This document shows positions 39,301 to 53,057 of a stretch of DNA of 64,000 nucleotides, piece by piece. The notes beneath the pieces are model-generated. The model worked only from the letters and a program-made list of their open reading frames with translations, made no database searches and was not told the DNA's origin. The stretch comes from Tubiluchus corallicola. Lineage: Eukaryota; Animalia; Priapulida. Made by a program: the position numbers and the translations under genes. The stretch is taken from the NCBI GenBank assembly GCA_030141605.1, contig JAQGDQ010000243.1, positions 275,654-339,653 on the forward strand. Direction: 5' to 3'. Numbering within the stretch: the stretch's first letter is position 1; the number at the start of each line of letters is the position of its first letter.

Positions 39301-42300
39301 CCTGTTTTGTCCTTTTTCCGACATTTCTGGGTTTTCCCTAGAAACATATTATAGGTAAATCAAAATATCGTCATCAGAAAAAATAAATTAATTAATCAAA
39401 AATGAATAATAACCATTAATAACAAACTATACCTCTGTATCAGTCTTCCGCTTTGCAGTAAACCTTTGCTTTGTAGCTGTTTGTTCTGTGGTGTCATCTA
39501 TTGGCTGCAAAGTCAATTTAATTTTTACCAGATAATTTGTACCAGTATCATCTTCTGACGAAGAAGCTGAAAAACAACAATAATCACTGTATGAAACCAA
39601 GTAGAAACTATATTTATGCAAGCTAGTCTACACCTTCATCATGTTTGATTTCAAAAGTAGTACTGTAATACTTTAGTACTACAGGACTGTACTTTGATTC
39701 TTTAGTACTGTGATACACAACACAAAAGACTTTACATGCAAAAAAGGAATGCATACATGTATCATAATTCCATTGTTGCTACAACGTCAATATTTAGTGG
39801 GTTTACTTATAGTCTTAACAATTGCATAAACTTAAAGCTGCAATTTATTATTCAGTTTAGGGATTACATTTTGTGAAATTACTTACTTATAACGAACGAA
39901 TGAACTTTAATAAGATCTATACAATAAAAATTACTCAGCTTAAATATAAGCTAAATGACCAAAATACTAATCCTTAAATCAATTAACTCCCGTCCCAGTT
40001 TAGAAATATTTGTACCTACACACTCTTCAGAAATTATAGTTTACAAAATTTTACTGTTGTTGCTATACTGAAAGTATAGGTATTAAATGTTATTTCTACA
40101 AAATTTATGCTGCACAAAATCCTAAATAGTTTCTACACCGACAATTTAGATTCTGCAAACTGGATTTTAATTCAGATTAAAAACTAATTTTTATTGCCCA
40201 GTTTTTAAACTGTTTGTAAAATCTAAAAAGTGCAATAACTACTTCCAAATTTGCACATTCTAGCACATCTCCATTTTAGTTTTGCTGGACTAATTCTATT
40301 TTAGAACTTCAGTACCTAAATGAAGAGCCTAAGTTACTAAATAGATCTTTTAGTCTCACACAAGATTAGGAGACATACATAATGCGAAAAATGCTAAGAT
40401 TACGCCAGATTGTGAGATTACTTACTAATGTCTTCAACAACAACACAAGAAAAGTACGCAGGTGGGACAGTGGGAACACTGCACTTATACTTTTCGCAAG
40501 CTGATGTCACCTCTTCTACCACCTGTGACACACCCAATGCTTTTCCAACACGCAATAACTCTGTGATGTACGATTCATTCTTGCAGTGATCGTTGGTCAG
40601 CGACATCTCTGCTGAATAAACAAACAACACAATCTGCTTAATGATGTCTGCATCAACGTCCTCTATCATTATAGTCTTGATATTAGGAGTACCGACAAGA
40701 GCCACCTTCAAGCGTTCGTCAAAAGCCGCTGCAAGTGCCACTTTATGAACTAGAAACTTCGGCTCCATTTCGTGGTTGAACAACGTAAGGTCGCTATAAT
40801 ATGATCCTTTTAATAAAAAACTAAGCCCGCTAATGATTTTTTCTGATCGCACCACACGAGCGTCGAACCTACATATGATTGGATCTTGTTCGATTAAGGT
40901 CAGTTTTCCTACCCTCTGCTCAGAAAGATCCATCATTTCTTTAAAACTAGCAGCAAATTCAGCAGACTTAACTCCATTCTTTTCTTTCGCAAACAAAATA
41001 CGTCGAAATATCTCAATGATTTGCTGGAATTCTTCAATCTGAAAGGAATGAATAACTTGGTTAAACAAGCCGCTTTTGACGACGATTTCATCCATGTCGA
41101 CCATGCCGGTGTATACAAACTGACACATGGTGTACAGCACTGGTGTCATACAAGTGAATACAAATGTACTCGTTGTAGCATTTCTCATCAGGTGTGCTCT
41201 ATTGTAGTGGCTAGTGGATGCCCAGACGGTTTTATGCATGGTGACGCCTTGCATACCACCGCCTTTCCCCATGAGTATAATATCGACTAGTTCTGACTTC
41301 AGCCTCATGTCTTCAAGTCGCTCGAGGAGGTGCAAAACATATTGTAAACCGTGTTTTGACAATTTTCCAGTACCCGCAATGCCTAAGAAAAAACACACAA
41401 TAACATTTAGTAAATGTTCAGCACTAAAAGATGGAGTGACTATATTATATTATTCTAGTCAGTGTTTGTGTAACCGCCAGAGCCTGAAAATGAACATTTT
41501 GAAACAGTTCTTAGCGGCCAATAAAACACGCTGCCAAAGTCAGTCTTAGTGTTAATTTCAGCATAAGTGCAAAAAGACGAGAAAACATTAAAAATGAAGT
41601 TTTTCCTCGACATGTCTGAGCGAAAGTAGAACATTTTATGTTACAATATTTCAAAACTATCCAAGTAAAAAGTTCCAAGTTTTAAATGAGGTGTTCAACT
41701 GCCTAATCAAATAAAGAAGTTTCAGGAGGTTTCTTCCTTACCTAATCCATTACATCTAACCAACAAAAATTAGACGTGTCAAAAAAATTATATTATTTTA
41801 CACTATTTTTTCCAGGAAACCAATAAGAGGCAGTCTATTAAAATCCATCATGTGCTTTAATATCTTTTTAGTGGCAGCTGGCTCAGTATAAACACTCAAA
41901 AATAATGTGCTCTTAATTTTTTACTTAGATAATAAATTTCTAATGTTACTACACAACAAATGTCTGTGAGCATTTCCTACCTTTAGCAGAAGACACCTGT
42001 TGAGACTTCGAATCGTCCATCGTAACCAGTGGCTGTGAGGGACCGACTCTTGGAGCCCAACTCCTTTCCGGAGCTTTCACAGACATTACACTGCTAGGAC
42101 GTTTGCTGGAATTCTGCCGTCCTTGTGCAGCTGCATCTAAAATTGAAGCATAAAGAAAAGAAAATCAACTGTCTCTACCAACAATTCAAAATATTGACAC
42201 AACTGAATTCAAGATAGTTTTACGGTTTTAAAGTATTGTTTCGTGGATGACTAAGATGTTAGATAAGCAAATAACAACAAATGACTTTTACTTTATGTAA

Positions 42301-44713
42301 CAGGCTATGCTCCTATCCTGGTTTAAACATTCAAACAGAAGAGCATGTTATCTGGTTTTGTCCACTTAGGAATCACCTTCGTGAAGATAACACTGAACTG
42401 AACTTCAACGATCTGCATGAATTTTTCAATGGAAACCCAATGTCATATTGTGTATTTGTAAATAACTCTTTAGCGATTTTTGGACAGTAATGATCATGTT
42501 ATGTGATCAAAAATGTTTATCGTGAATTTGTAAATAACCTTTGAGCTGTTTTTGGACAGTAATGATCATGTTAGGCGATAATAAGTGTGTAGTGAGAATT
42601 TGTAAATAATTCTTCAGTTATTTTTTGACAGTAATGATCATGTTATATGATCAAAAGTCCTTTTTTTGTAGTGATCTATGGACTGAACCAAAATATCATG
42701 TTCGACTATCTCTTAATCAGTCAATAAACACACATATCTAGATATAACTATTTCTACTCAGTAAGTTCAATGAACTTTTGACATATATGGTAAGGTAAAA
42801 AAACAACATTAACACACAAAACTAAATTTGCAGCCAGCATTACAGTGAGATTATTTGTTTGAATTGCAAACAACAATTTAGATGATCTTCTACTTGCTAA
42901 CTATTCAAACACTCGATCTTTCTAGAGATGCTGGGTGTTCAGAAGCTCCTTTAAAACTTATTATTGGGGGCAGGATAACAAACTGCTGACACTTAAGCTG
43001 TACCTGCTGCTTCAATTTATTTGGTAAGAAAAACTACATCGAACTCAGGGAGGGCCTGCTACGTTATTTCAGCACTGATCCAGGGATGAGAATGACAAAT
43101 TGCAAAAAACTCTGAAACAGGCTGGGGGTTTTGGGGCCACCTAGGCCCCTAATGGGGTTGAGGGGCAACGTCCCCATGGGGGTTCAAGGGGGCGAAGCAA
43201 CAAATAGCTATTTTGTGACCATAGAGAGCCTCTAAGTGGACTTAAAATATCAGTTACCTTGTTTCATGCATAATTTAAAATACCCAACTATCAAGGATAC
43301 ATGATACCTAATTGTCTCAAAAATGCCAAGTACTGGCTGCTACTATGCAAAAGTATATAAAAACTGTCTGCAATTGACTCAAATAACTCCGCACAATCGA
43401 TTCTATATTTTTATACATAGAGATATACACGTGGTTATACTGATGTACATGATGCAAACAAAGTGACAGCCTGCCACCTAGCGGTCAGCTTGTGAAATAA
43501 TGTACTGGGTCCGTAAAAATTTTCTCAACGAATTCACACGATTTACAAAAATGGCACTACTGGTCTTCCAAAAACTCGGAATTCCGAAAATTCTCATCCC
43601 TGCTGATCTCTAATTTTTATACTTTCAATATGAAAGATTCGGGCAATGTGTTTCTACTAAAGGCCAGAATTCTGCTGATCGCTTGTGAAGAAAAACCAGA
43701 TTCATCTGAATTAAAAAATCAAAAAATCAAAGATCTCATTCAGAATCTAGTCTGACAAATTTTATACACTGACTGATGTTCCTGCAATAACAAAAATCAA
43801 TCCTACCTAGATCACATTTGATCTTTGATAACAGCTTTTCGACTTTTTTTAATCCAAAAGTTTCGGCAGTTTTTACTAGATTGTTTATGACTTCTTGTTG
43901 ATTATCATTGTTCTTGAAGCCTATTTTCAGTTGACCAGTATAGATGAAATCTAAAATGGTGACAACAGCATGGCGGGTCACTGGTTCCGAAAACTTCAGT
44001 ATTTGTATATTTGGACTTTTCAAAATTAAGCAGCTGAGCTTTTCACAAATGGCAGCAAGCAGCACACGGTGAGAACAAACAAAATCTCCACCAGGCGCAA
44101 AAAATTTTATATCAAAAACAGCGGAACCGTCAGAGGACTGTTTTGTATTAGTAGTCAAGGAGAAAAGCTCCTTCATTACAGAAATCATGTTCCGTATTCG
44201 TTGGTCCCGCATGTCAAAACTACATGAAAATGGGACGCGACTGATGACCTCCACAAGAGCACTGAGGTCCTTCTCACTATTTCCACAAACACTGAATTTG
44301 TCTTTTTTCAATGAAGGCGAACCTAAGATACTGCTATAAACTTGATAAGCCTGTCTGATTTCAGGTAAAGGAAATTCGTCGTATGCTTCCAAAACCTTTG
44401 CTAATTCACTGGCTTCAGGCTCAATAAGCACCAACACACCGGTATACAAATAAGATCTCAGTGATTTTAGAAACACCTGCCCGAGGTTTTCTCCGGTTAT
44501 GTTGAACTCAAACGACTGTCCATTAAATGCTTTTGTCGCAAGAGGCAGATTTCCGGTAGCCAAGACCACACGGTGAATTTTTTCCACACAACCATCGGGA
44601 GTTCTGATCTCACCATCCAGCAGCTGACCATGCAACATAAAATTGCGCAAATTTTTCAAGAGGTCCACAAAGTGTGGTGATTCCTTCGGCATGAGAGGTT
44701 TATCTGAGGCCAT
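36328..44713 (-). CDS. Multi-BTB/POZ (six BTB) protein with C-terminal C2H2-like zinc fingers; join(44713-43807,42136-41981,41382-40426,39566-39433,39337-39274,38941-38858,38333-36328), ~1435 aa
   Basis: Three long ORFs, each with two BTB signatures (D...H(R/K)xVLA...(Y/F)(L/I/V/M)Y(T/S)), join through four small exons by GT-AG sites in one frame (4308 nt). An alternative in-frame ATG lies at 44806. Fingers CSLC..H, CIEC..HLVNEH and CSIC..HLVTVH. The donor at 38858 is the least certain site. Confidence 0.8.
42300..42736 (+). mobile_element. 5'-truncated LINE (ORF2 C-terminal zinc knuckle plus 3'UTR)
   Basis: Encodes LCSYPGLNIQTEEHVIWFCP; GACAGTAATGATCATGTT x3; AATAAA followed by (CA)n. Confidence 0.75.
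43081..43602 (+). mobile_element. Same MITE family
   Basis: TIRs present; TSD CTGATC. Confidence 0.9.
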
Positions 44714-46229
44714 TTCAATATTCGAAGTCAAGATATTGTAAAAATAAATAAAACTCCGAGGATGGTACTCATAGTAGCTGCAAGCAGGCAACCAATTACT
44801 GTTCATATATACTTTGTCAGCATGACCAATGTTAATTAGTTTGTTCCTTGTTTACCTGAAAACATAAAAACAAAAAATGTAACAGATAAAAATATTTCAT
44901 AATCAACTGTCAACTAATGATACTTTACAAAGACCTAATTTCATAATCAACTGTCAACTAATGATACTTTACAAAGACCTAATTTATGCAAACATAAATT
45001 ACACATACATTCTATATAAATTGATCGATAACATAATTAAAATTTAATAGCAATAACAGCAAAATTTTGTAAACTATTTGACTGGTTTCAAGATGTAACC
45101 TAATATAAAATTTCAAGATTTTCATACTGTTTCGAATTTTAATGCCAATATTATTTTGAAAGCAGTTAATAAGCCCACTGAAAATAAATCATTGTCTTCC
45201 ACTTACCCACGATTTTTGTAAGCTACATTAGTAGATATTAACTTCGCTGTCTGGAGAAGAGAACTATACATAATAATTAGCTAACCAATCATTGAAGGTC
45301 AAGTTTGAAACTCAGATATGGCATGGGAGAACTTGCAAACTAGCTAGCATTCTGAACAATTATTGCTTCAGCAGAAATCAGGAGTATGCAAGAAGGGAGT
45401 ATCTGCACAATTGGACTAAATTTCCTTAATTGTCTCTCAAGAACCACAGTTTCAGTCAACGGTTACCTTTAAACACTACTTGATAAACTCTTACTGATAA
45501 TTCCTAATTAATGGAGTGCCAAATTATATCAGCGCTGTAGAGTCGAATTTTACATTACACTAAAACCATATCGTGCTCCAAGAGGAGGAAGTCGAGCGCA
45601 ACTTGACAAAGCTGAGACGGCCAAGCTCAACTAATGTACCGATACGTTAATAAACATAGTTGCACAGTTAACGTGCTCGCAGCTGTATATCCTGTTTTTA
45701 CTATGCACAAAACAAACAATATTTAACAAGCTGGATGAAGATCAATTAAATTACACTGTAAACGAAAAGTCACAAATTGCATTAAATGGATTCAGAATCT
45801 AAAACTCCCCAATCACATACCAATTTACACAAAAACATGTTTATTGAAATTACCGCCAGAGTGCGCACCTAACCGACAATAGTACGGTAACGCTAAACTG
45901 CCAAACTGTTTCGAGGATATTATGCACCATGGGCTGATGATGAAACGGAATGATGCTGACAAGCCTCTGGCATAGCAGTGTCTAGTTTTTTTTTGCTAGA
46001 TTACTGCTGTGTTTACCTGTCTTAAGGGCGGATTTCTTTTATTTTAGAATTCTGCATGTGGAAGTCCCTATCTAGACGTTTACACTCTATTGCTATTACT
46101 TTATCTTTCAAAGTCAAAGGAACCTAGAGTTGAACTCGGTACGGTCCCGTCTTAGTACGGCATCAATTACTATTATTAATTTTTCCCATTAGTATTTTTA
46201 ATTATAATACTACTATCTATAGTAATGCA

Positions 46230-46647
46230 TTATTTGATTTTCTGTGTGAATATCAGAACACTAAATTTAAGAAACATTAAAACGAACAATAACATGGAAA
46301 GAATTCCATTGCTAAGCAAGCAATACAACTTTGGAATTCATTACCGATATCACTAAAACACAGCAGCTCTTTATCAATATTCAAGTCTAAATTAAAAAAA
46401 CATTTAATGACTCGTTTTGAATATCCGACATACGAACACGATGATACTTACTCAAATCATAATTTCATTTTTCCTAGACCTTACTAAACTAGTTTATATT
46501 TTATTTTTGAATTTCTAGTTGCAGTTATAGTTTAGCTTGCACCAGGCGCATTTGCCCAGAACAGTGTATGTTTTTTATATGAACTAACACTGATTGTCTG
46601 TCTTTTAATATGATGGTCAATGTTTTTAAAATGGCAAATAAAGATTT

Positions 46648-46682
<35 letters not shown>
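46230..46682 (+). mobile_element. L2/CR1-group LINE 3' end with (TAC)n tail
   Basis: Encodes AIQLWNSLPISLKHSSSLSIFKSKLKKHL; AATAAA followed by (TAC)n. Confidence 0.75.
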
Positions 46683-48719
46683 ACTGTGACTGCAACACAG
46701 GGACCTGATTCACATAACGCGCTAGTTAATACCTTTAGTGAAGAACTAGAATGATCCTGGCTCCAGGTCTTTGTCCAGGTCCGTGATTACAGTGTCCTAA
46801 AATATGAAGAAGTTATCCAAAAATTGGCTTACAAAATAGATAAAGAATTACCACATTGAATCAAGTCAACTAACAGGAGTATCTTCATTTGTAGAGGAAA
46901 TGAATCTAAATGCCGACTTATTTAGCTCAAGTAATCAACAGTACAGTCCTTAATACTAACTTCAGCAAATATGATGTTTTGCAGACTTTTTATTTTCTTC
47001 ATAATTATTTAATAATGCACATATAGCGTTTACCCATTTTGTTTAGTTTTAGGCTCAAACACGTTGGCTTATCAACTTCTTTCTGACTCGTTAAACTACA
47101 GGCGATAGGCCACAGTGTGCTGAGTGTCGCCTAACTATCGTAAAACGCTGCCGCTGGCGACGGCGTGATAGGCTCATGTTGCTAAGCTGTTCAATACCAC
47201 GTTTAGTGAACCGTAAAAGTTACATGAATGGTTAATGTAAAATACTAAAACTAAAAGTTATATCTTATCTTACTGAACGTACTATGCGCTTGTAGCCACC
47301 AATTTGAACAGTAATTTATTGCATGACGTAAAATAGTAAGCTTTTATATGATTATGAATAATATTGTAATGAATAATTTACTATCATGTTAGCGATGTAT
47401 GAATGACCGGAAAGTGTCTGTTTTTTGCAATCACAAATACAAAACTGCTTAATTACATTGATGCAATTTGATACAATTTGTGTTTGTACTTGATGTTTCT
47501 GTAGCTGTCACTTAACAATTTAAGTATCACTATTTACTGATTCTTTTAACGAGCCACCACATTTTTCCAGTGTATTATATCAACGTTGCTCAGAAGTCAG
47601 AACCCGTCAAATGATCGATTCTACATTTTAGAAATAACTGACCCAACACTGGTAGTATCACATAGTAACTATTATAAAGTCAGAAATTAACACAGGTACG
47701 TGACTTATATAGTTACTTCCTCACAAATAATTCGATATTGTAAACATTGTATAGTTAATGCACTTGCACATGCACATTGTGGAGAGACTTTATGCAATTG
47801 TTCAGTTAATCCACGTTAATTAAATAAAGTTTATATGATTTTCAGCCTCGTAACGTTACATCGACGAATTGTTTTTTGTTTGACGACTTGGTAGAGAGAG
47901 AGCGAGTACACCAATGTGGCTCATTTCAAATCATAGTGTAGCCTTTTATAGGCAACGCAACAGATGCATTATAATTTGACATTAAATGTCTTGTCCCAAT
48001 TGGGAGCTTAACTTATTTGATAAGAGACGACCATTTTGGCAATACTTGATCAGCGTTAAATAACTGTTACATCTTTTTTGGTGGAATATGTTCCTTTCTC
48101 GATAGCGTTGTAACAGGTTTGATATTATAACGATGTTCGCGCGTACGTGCCGATAATCATGTTACTTATTTTGTATCCTTAAATAATTAGCAAAGGCCCC
48201 GCAAAAAAATTGCGTATAAATACACTAATAATCAATAATGCGCGAACATTCTACCTAGTGTTTGTTTATCTAACGCAAAGCCAGCAGCTGCAGCAGCTTT
48301 TACTGAATTAAAGTTATAAGCAATAATGTATGACGTCACAACAATGGCTTTGCGTCAGCAGTTTTCCAAGCGAAAATTGCCGAAAATAGAACATCTAATT
48401 AACTCGTCGGCACACCTCTTGGTGGACCTGTGCTAACATATAGCCCTCATCATCGTATAGCCCTGTTCTTCCTCTTTCTAAAGAGCCGTATATCTCCTTT
48501 TTAGAGTCCCACCAGGTGCCGTTAGAACGTTTTTTCGCATGCTGTTTGGTCAAAATTTCGAAAAAAATCACTGATAATATTTATTATTTTAGTGGTAAAG
48601 TACGTTATAATTGCTGTGGAATGTGTAAAAGTTAAATAACAGTTATATTATATGAAAATATAATGGTAAATAACCAAATTTAATATTAAATATATTTTGT
48701 TATTTTGTTTTTAATAAAG

Positions 48720-48942
48720 CTGGTGAGAATTTTTGGATTGGTTTAACCGACATACACGAGGAGGGTGACTGGAGGTGGTTTGCAACAGGTGGACCTGCTC
48801 TTTTTCTTCTTGGGACGTAGCAGATGGCCAACCGGATAATTACGGCGATGGCGAAAGCTGCGCCATCCTGTGGCCAAATGGGAACACGTGGAATGACTTC
48901 TGGTGTGATACAGCAAAATTTCCGTATATTTGTGAATCGTAG
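48720..48942 (+). pseudogene. C-type lectin domain terminal exon with a 1-nt frameshift
   Basis: AG acceptor at 48718-19, then GENFWIGLTDIHEEGDWRW..[frameshift in the T-run at ~48801-05]..WDVADGQPDNYGDGESCAILWPNGNTWNDFWCDTAKFPYICES*. The WIGL, QPD, WND and ICE motifs are present. No upstream exon was identified. Confidence 0.8.
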
Positions 48943-49239
48943 GCGACAAGCTAGATTACTTATCACGGAAATCCGAATTTGTCCTTTTTTAAGTCGTTCA
49001 CCTCCGTTCTTGAAAAAGTAAAAAAAATGGAATCGATATAAGCTAATATTAAACATGTTTGTATACTGTTATTACTGATTTGTATACTGATTATTAATAA
49101 ACGAAACTTAGTGTGGATTTTACTGGTATTTGAGGACAATTTATACGCATTAGTACATGTTCCTATGTAGCAAGTTTGCAATTCTTGTATATCATGAGCA
49201 TCTGCTTATACACAACTACGGCGTTGAAGATACCGGTTG

Positions 49240-49327
49240 TTCAAATCATGTTGATGACATCGGTTCTCGTCTGATCACAGAAGTTAAGCGACGTAGAGGC
49301 GGGTTAGTACGTGGATGGGTGACCGAC
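49240..49327 (+). pseudogene. 3'-truncated 5S rRNA copy followed by (TAAG/TGAG)n
   Basis: CGGTTCTCGTCTGATCACAGAAGTTAAGCGACGTAGAGGCGGGTTAGTACGTGGATGGGTGACCG matches 5S rRNA, but the last ~30 nt and the T terminator are missing. Confidence 0.8.
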
Positions 49328-51459
49328 TAGTAAGTAAGTGAGTGAGTGAGTGAGTGAGTGAGTAAGTAAGTGTTCCAAATATGTCAACCTGACTTTTCAC
49401 TACAGCTACAGCATACAAAAAACACATCCAAAGGCAGTACAGTATAAATAATTTATTTTATCGACGCACATATTTTGTAATATTAACACTAGACTGACTT
49501 ATATTGAACACTAAAATAGATTAATTTGTCCAGATAAAAACATAGACAGTAAAAGACTAAACAATGAATAAACAGCTTTAAAATACGACGTTATCCCGAT
49601 AACATAATACAGTAAAAATTAAACTGAGGCCATTAAAAATCAAAATTAGTACAAGTTCAACCAGCTTTCCTAATAATATACAGCTTTTATAGCTCACTCA
49701 GCTGTAAATTAAAATAGTGTAGGCTAGATCGTCAGATTAATTATTATTAAGTCAATCACACGACAATCAAACAACCTAGAATGCAAACACCTTGCGGGAT
49801 GCATTTGTCTTTAAGAAATGTAACTTTATCAATTACTGAGAAAATTATTATTTTACTGTATTCTAGTTTAAGACAAAATCATTACTACTGTTACTACTAC
49901 TGCCTGTTATATTTCATAAATAGCAGGCGTCACGTGAAACAGTGTAAGTAACATATACAAATCTGAGGCCATTTTATAATACTATTTACAAGGCGTAACT
50001 TTCAAACTCATTTCACTGTTACGCTATATTCCCGAATAGTAGTCGAATATAAAAAAAACAATAAACAAATAACACGCAATAATATATAATTATCATACAG
50101 GGACATGAGGCCATCCACATTAGCAATACAATGATTCATTTAATTATCAAGGAATTAGTTTGCTGATCACTATAATATTTTATGAAACGACAATAATCGT
50201 CAGTTTAGCACAACAAAGTTAAAATAATGTTGTTAACTGTGCATCAGTGGTTTCGGGATTACATAGACTAGAATCATAATAAATTATTACACCAGCTATG
50301 GATGTCAGAATGCCATTCTCCACATGATGTCAGCATGGTGTTAGCAAACATTATTCCCAAATCATTAAGCAAGGTTTTCACATAAAAAATTTCATCATAC
50401 CAGTTCATTATTGGGGAAAAAAACAAGCGAAGAAAGTAATGAGACTAGACCTCTTGCTCTAAAATTTTGTTAGTTTACACTTACAGTTAAGATTATAAAA
50501 CTGGCAGTAAGCCTAAGTCATCATTCCTTGATATAATCTTGTTAATGCTTTTGTATAGTACGATCGGACCTTGTAAATTCATAAATTTTGTAAAATAATA
50601 ATTGTGCTAAAATTGCAAAAACTCGAATTAATAACCAGAGTATTTGGGCCAACTTTTGAATAATTTTAAGTACAAAACATAACTACAACGATAACAATGT
50701 AGTTTTTTAAATGTAACTGTGCTATGAATGTACTGTGAATGTTTGTTTGAACATTTAATGCTGTGCCACACATCACGTGCTGCTATCTACTGGATGAACT
50801 GCATACTATTACGTTATCGTTGTCAAGCAGCTACGCTCACCCCCAGTAAAATGCAACAAGCATTGCTCGACTTGCTTCTGTTAGCAATACATCAAGTACC
50901 TGTCGGTAATTCGCTGTGAAAAACATATCTGTGCCAGACAACTACTTAACAATCTGAAGTGAAAAAACTGTCTTGTTCACTTAATCTTAAGCGCTGACAA
51001 AAAGCGTAAATCTGTCCTAAGACAGAATAATTACACTAGTAACGTCATACATGATATAACTAGCCAGTTTGTGTCTTTGCGGGAAAAATAACAATTGTTA
51101 AGAGAAGTCGGTTGAACATGCTTCAGCTGGCTTCTTTTAGTTCACTCGGATTCAATTATCAAAGTCGCCAGCTGCATTTTTAAAAACGATTTCTGATTCA
51201 CATAGCACCAATACAAAGTTTGAATGTTTTAAAATCATCTGTAGAATCCCGCAGAAATTATTCTCGCCCTTTTTCTGTTGATTGCCTCGTTCTTATCCAA
51301 GCCTCGTCAAGTTAATCTTCTTCTTCTTCTTCTTCTTCTTCTTCGGATTCTTTTCTTCGTCCGTTGAACACGATGTGGGCGAAGCCGGGATAACCTACAA
51401 CATAGTAAGATTGAACGATTATTCATTACAACTATTGTCCCTGCCACTGAATATGGTAA

Positions 51460-52295
51460 CGTAGTATGGTCGGGATGCAGTGAAAACAGTATGCGTTTAT
51501 TAGAAAATATTCAGCTAACTGCTGCTAGAATCTGTTCTGGCGCTATGTTTCGATCTTCCCCTGCAAGTATCTTGTCTGATAGCGGCTTCACTAAATTAGT
51601 GACGCGCATCCATTATCATCGCCTATGTCTTTTTTCAAAATAATCAATGACTTAGCGCCCCACTATTTAAGTGCAATTCTGCCGCCAAAGGTAAACGAAG
51701 TTACCCCCTATTATATACGCAGTGGTACTAAATACAGAAATTTTAATTGCCGTTCTGTTAGCTGTGAAAAATCGTTTTTTTCATATCGACCATTAACATG
51801 TGGAACAACTTACCACAGAACATTCGTGAAATTACATCCATTTCACACTTCAAACAAGAGCTCAAATCTCATTTAAGTTTTTCGTTGCGGTAATAACATT
51901 TTTCATTTGGTAAACCTCAAAGTTTCAGTGCATCATACGCGCATGAGAATCGGATTTTCTCAGCTAAACTAGGACCTTTTCTCTAAAGGCTGCAAAGATA
52001 ATAACGGTCATCCAGTATTGCCGAATTGTAACTGTGGATTTCGATTTGAGTCTGTTGAACACTTTTTATTGCACTGCCCATGGTATCAACAAACTAGGGT
52101 TGTTACGTTTGATAAACTAAATGAAATGCTTCTAATGTAATATTGTAGTAAAACTTGTCAGTTTGTGTAGTTATAGTCTATTCTTACTGTAAATGTTTTT
52201 GTAAACAGTGTATAAAGTCTGTTGTGGTGAGCATCCTAAATCATGTTGTTCAAACTGTCTGATCCAATCCTATAATAAATTATGTTTAAACTAAA
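51460..52295 (+). mobile_element. 5'-truncated CR1-like LINE, frameshifted
   Basis: VVWSGC..LENIQLTAARICSGA..FFKIINDLAPHYL..WNNLP..CNCGF..ESVEHFLLHCP; AATAAA tail. Confidence 0.8.
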
Positions 52296-53057
52296 GTTTG
52301 ATACTTGCGTTAATGAAAATTCTGGGTACGTCTGACTACAAAGGTGAAGCTCTTTTTATCATTTCCTTTCTAAGTTTTTCGCTTCTAATTTTATTAAGAA
52401 ACAACAGTGAAGTGCAAAAGTACAAAAATGAGGGTCGAATGAGCAGAAGGACAAGTGGGAGATGAAAAATTAATGTCCCGAAATACACGTACCAGTGCAC
52501 TGGACTAGCAAAATCAGTGGATTAGCGTTCTAAACACTATTAGTACTCATCTAGGTCTACTAATAATTTTGTTAAGAGATCCAGCATGTGAAAGGACCGT
52601 ACAGGTATACTCTGACGACTGTAATTAGCCGAATTATCAACAGGTAAAGCACCTGCTAACCGAAGGTCTATTCAACAGGTGTACACGAATAATCACTTTA
52701 ATAGCATAATTATTTTTTGCTTAGCTTTACACATTTCCACAGCTCATAAAAAGCTAAAGGAACTCATTCAGTAATGAGATCTAAAATTGTAATAATGTGG
52801 TCCTCGTTATTCAGGTTCTGTGTCAAAAAGTAAGGCCTAATATATACCTCAGTTCAAAAGACTGATGTAATTACCAGTAAGTTTCTAGCTATTTTTTCCT
52901 ATAATTTTATGAAAAAATTGGAACACAGCCTAGTTCATTCTTTTTCACATTTTTTGCTGGTCTTTCAAATTTGGTATGAAAATTTAACCAATTGCGGGAT
53001 AGGACAATCAGTTGCACATATTTATTCAATAAATGATATAATTATAAAGTTACTTAC

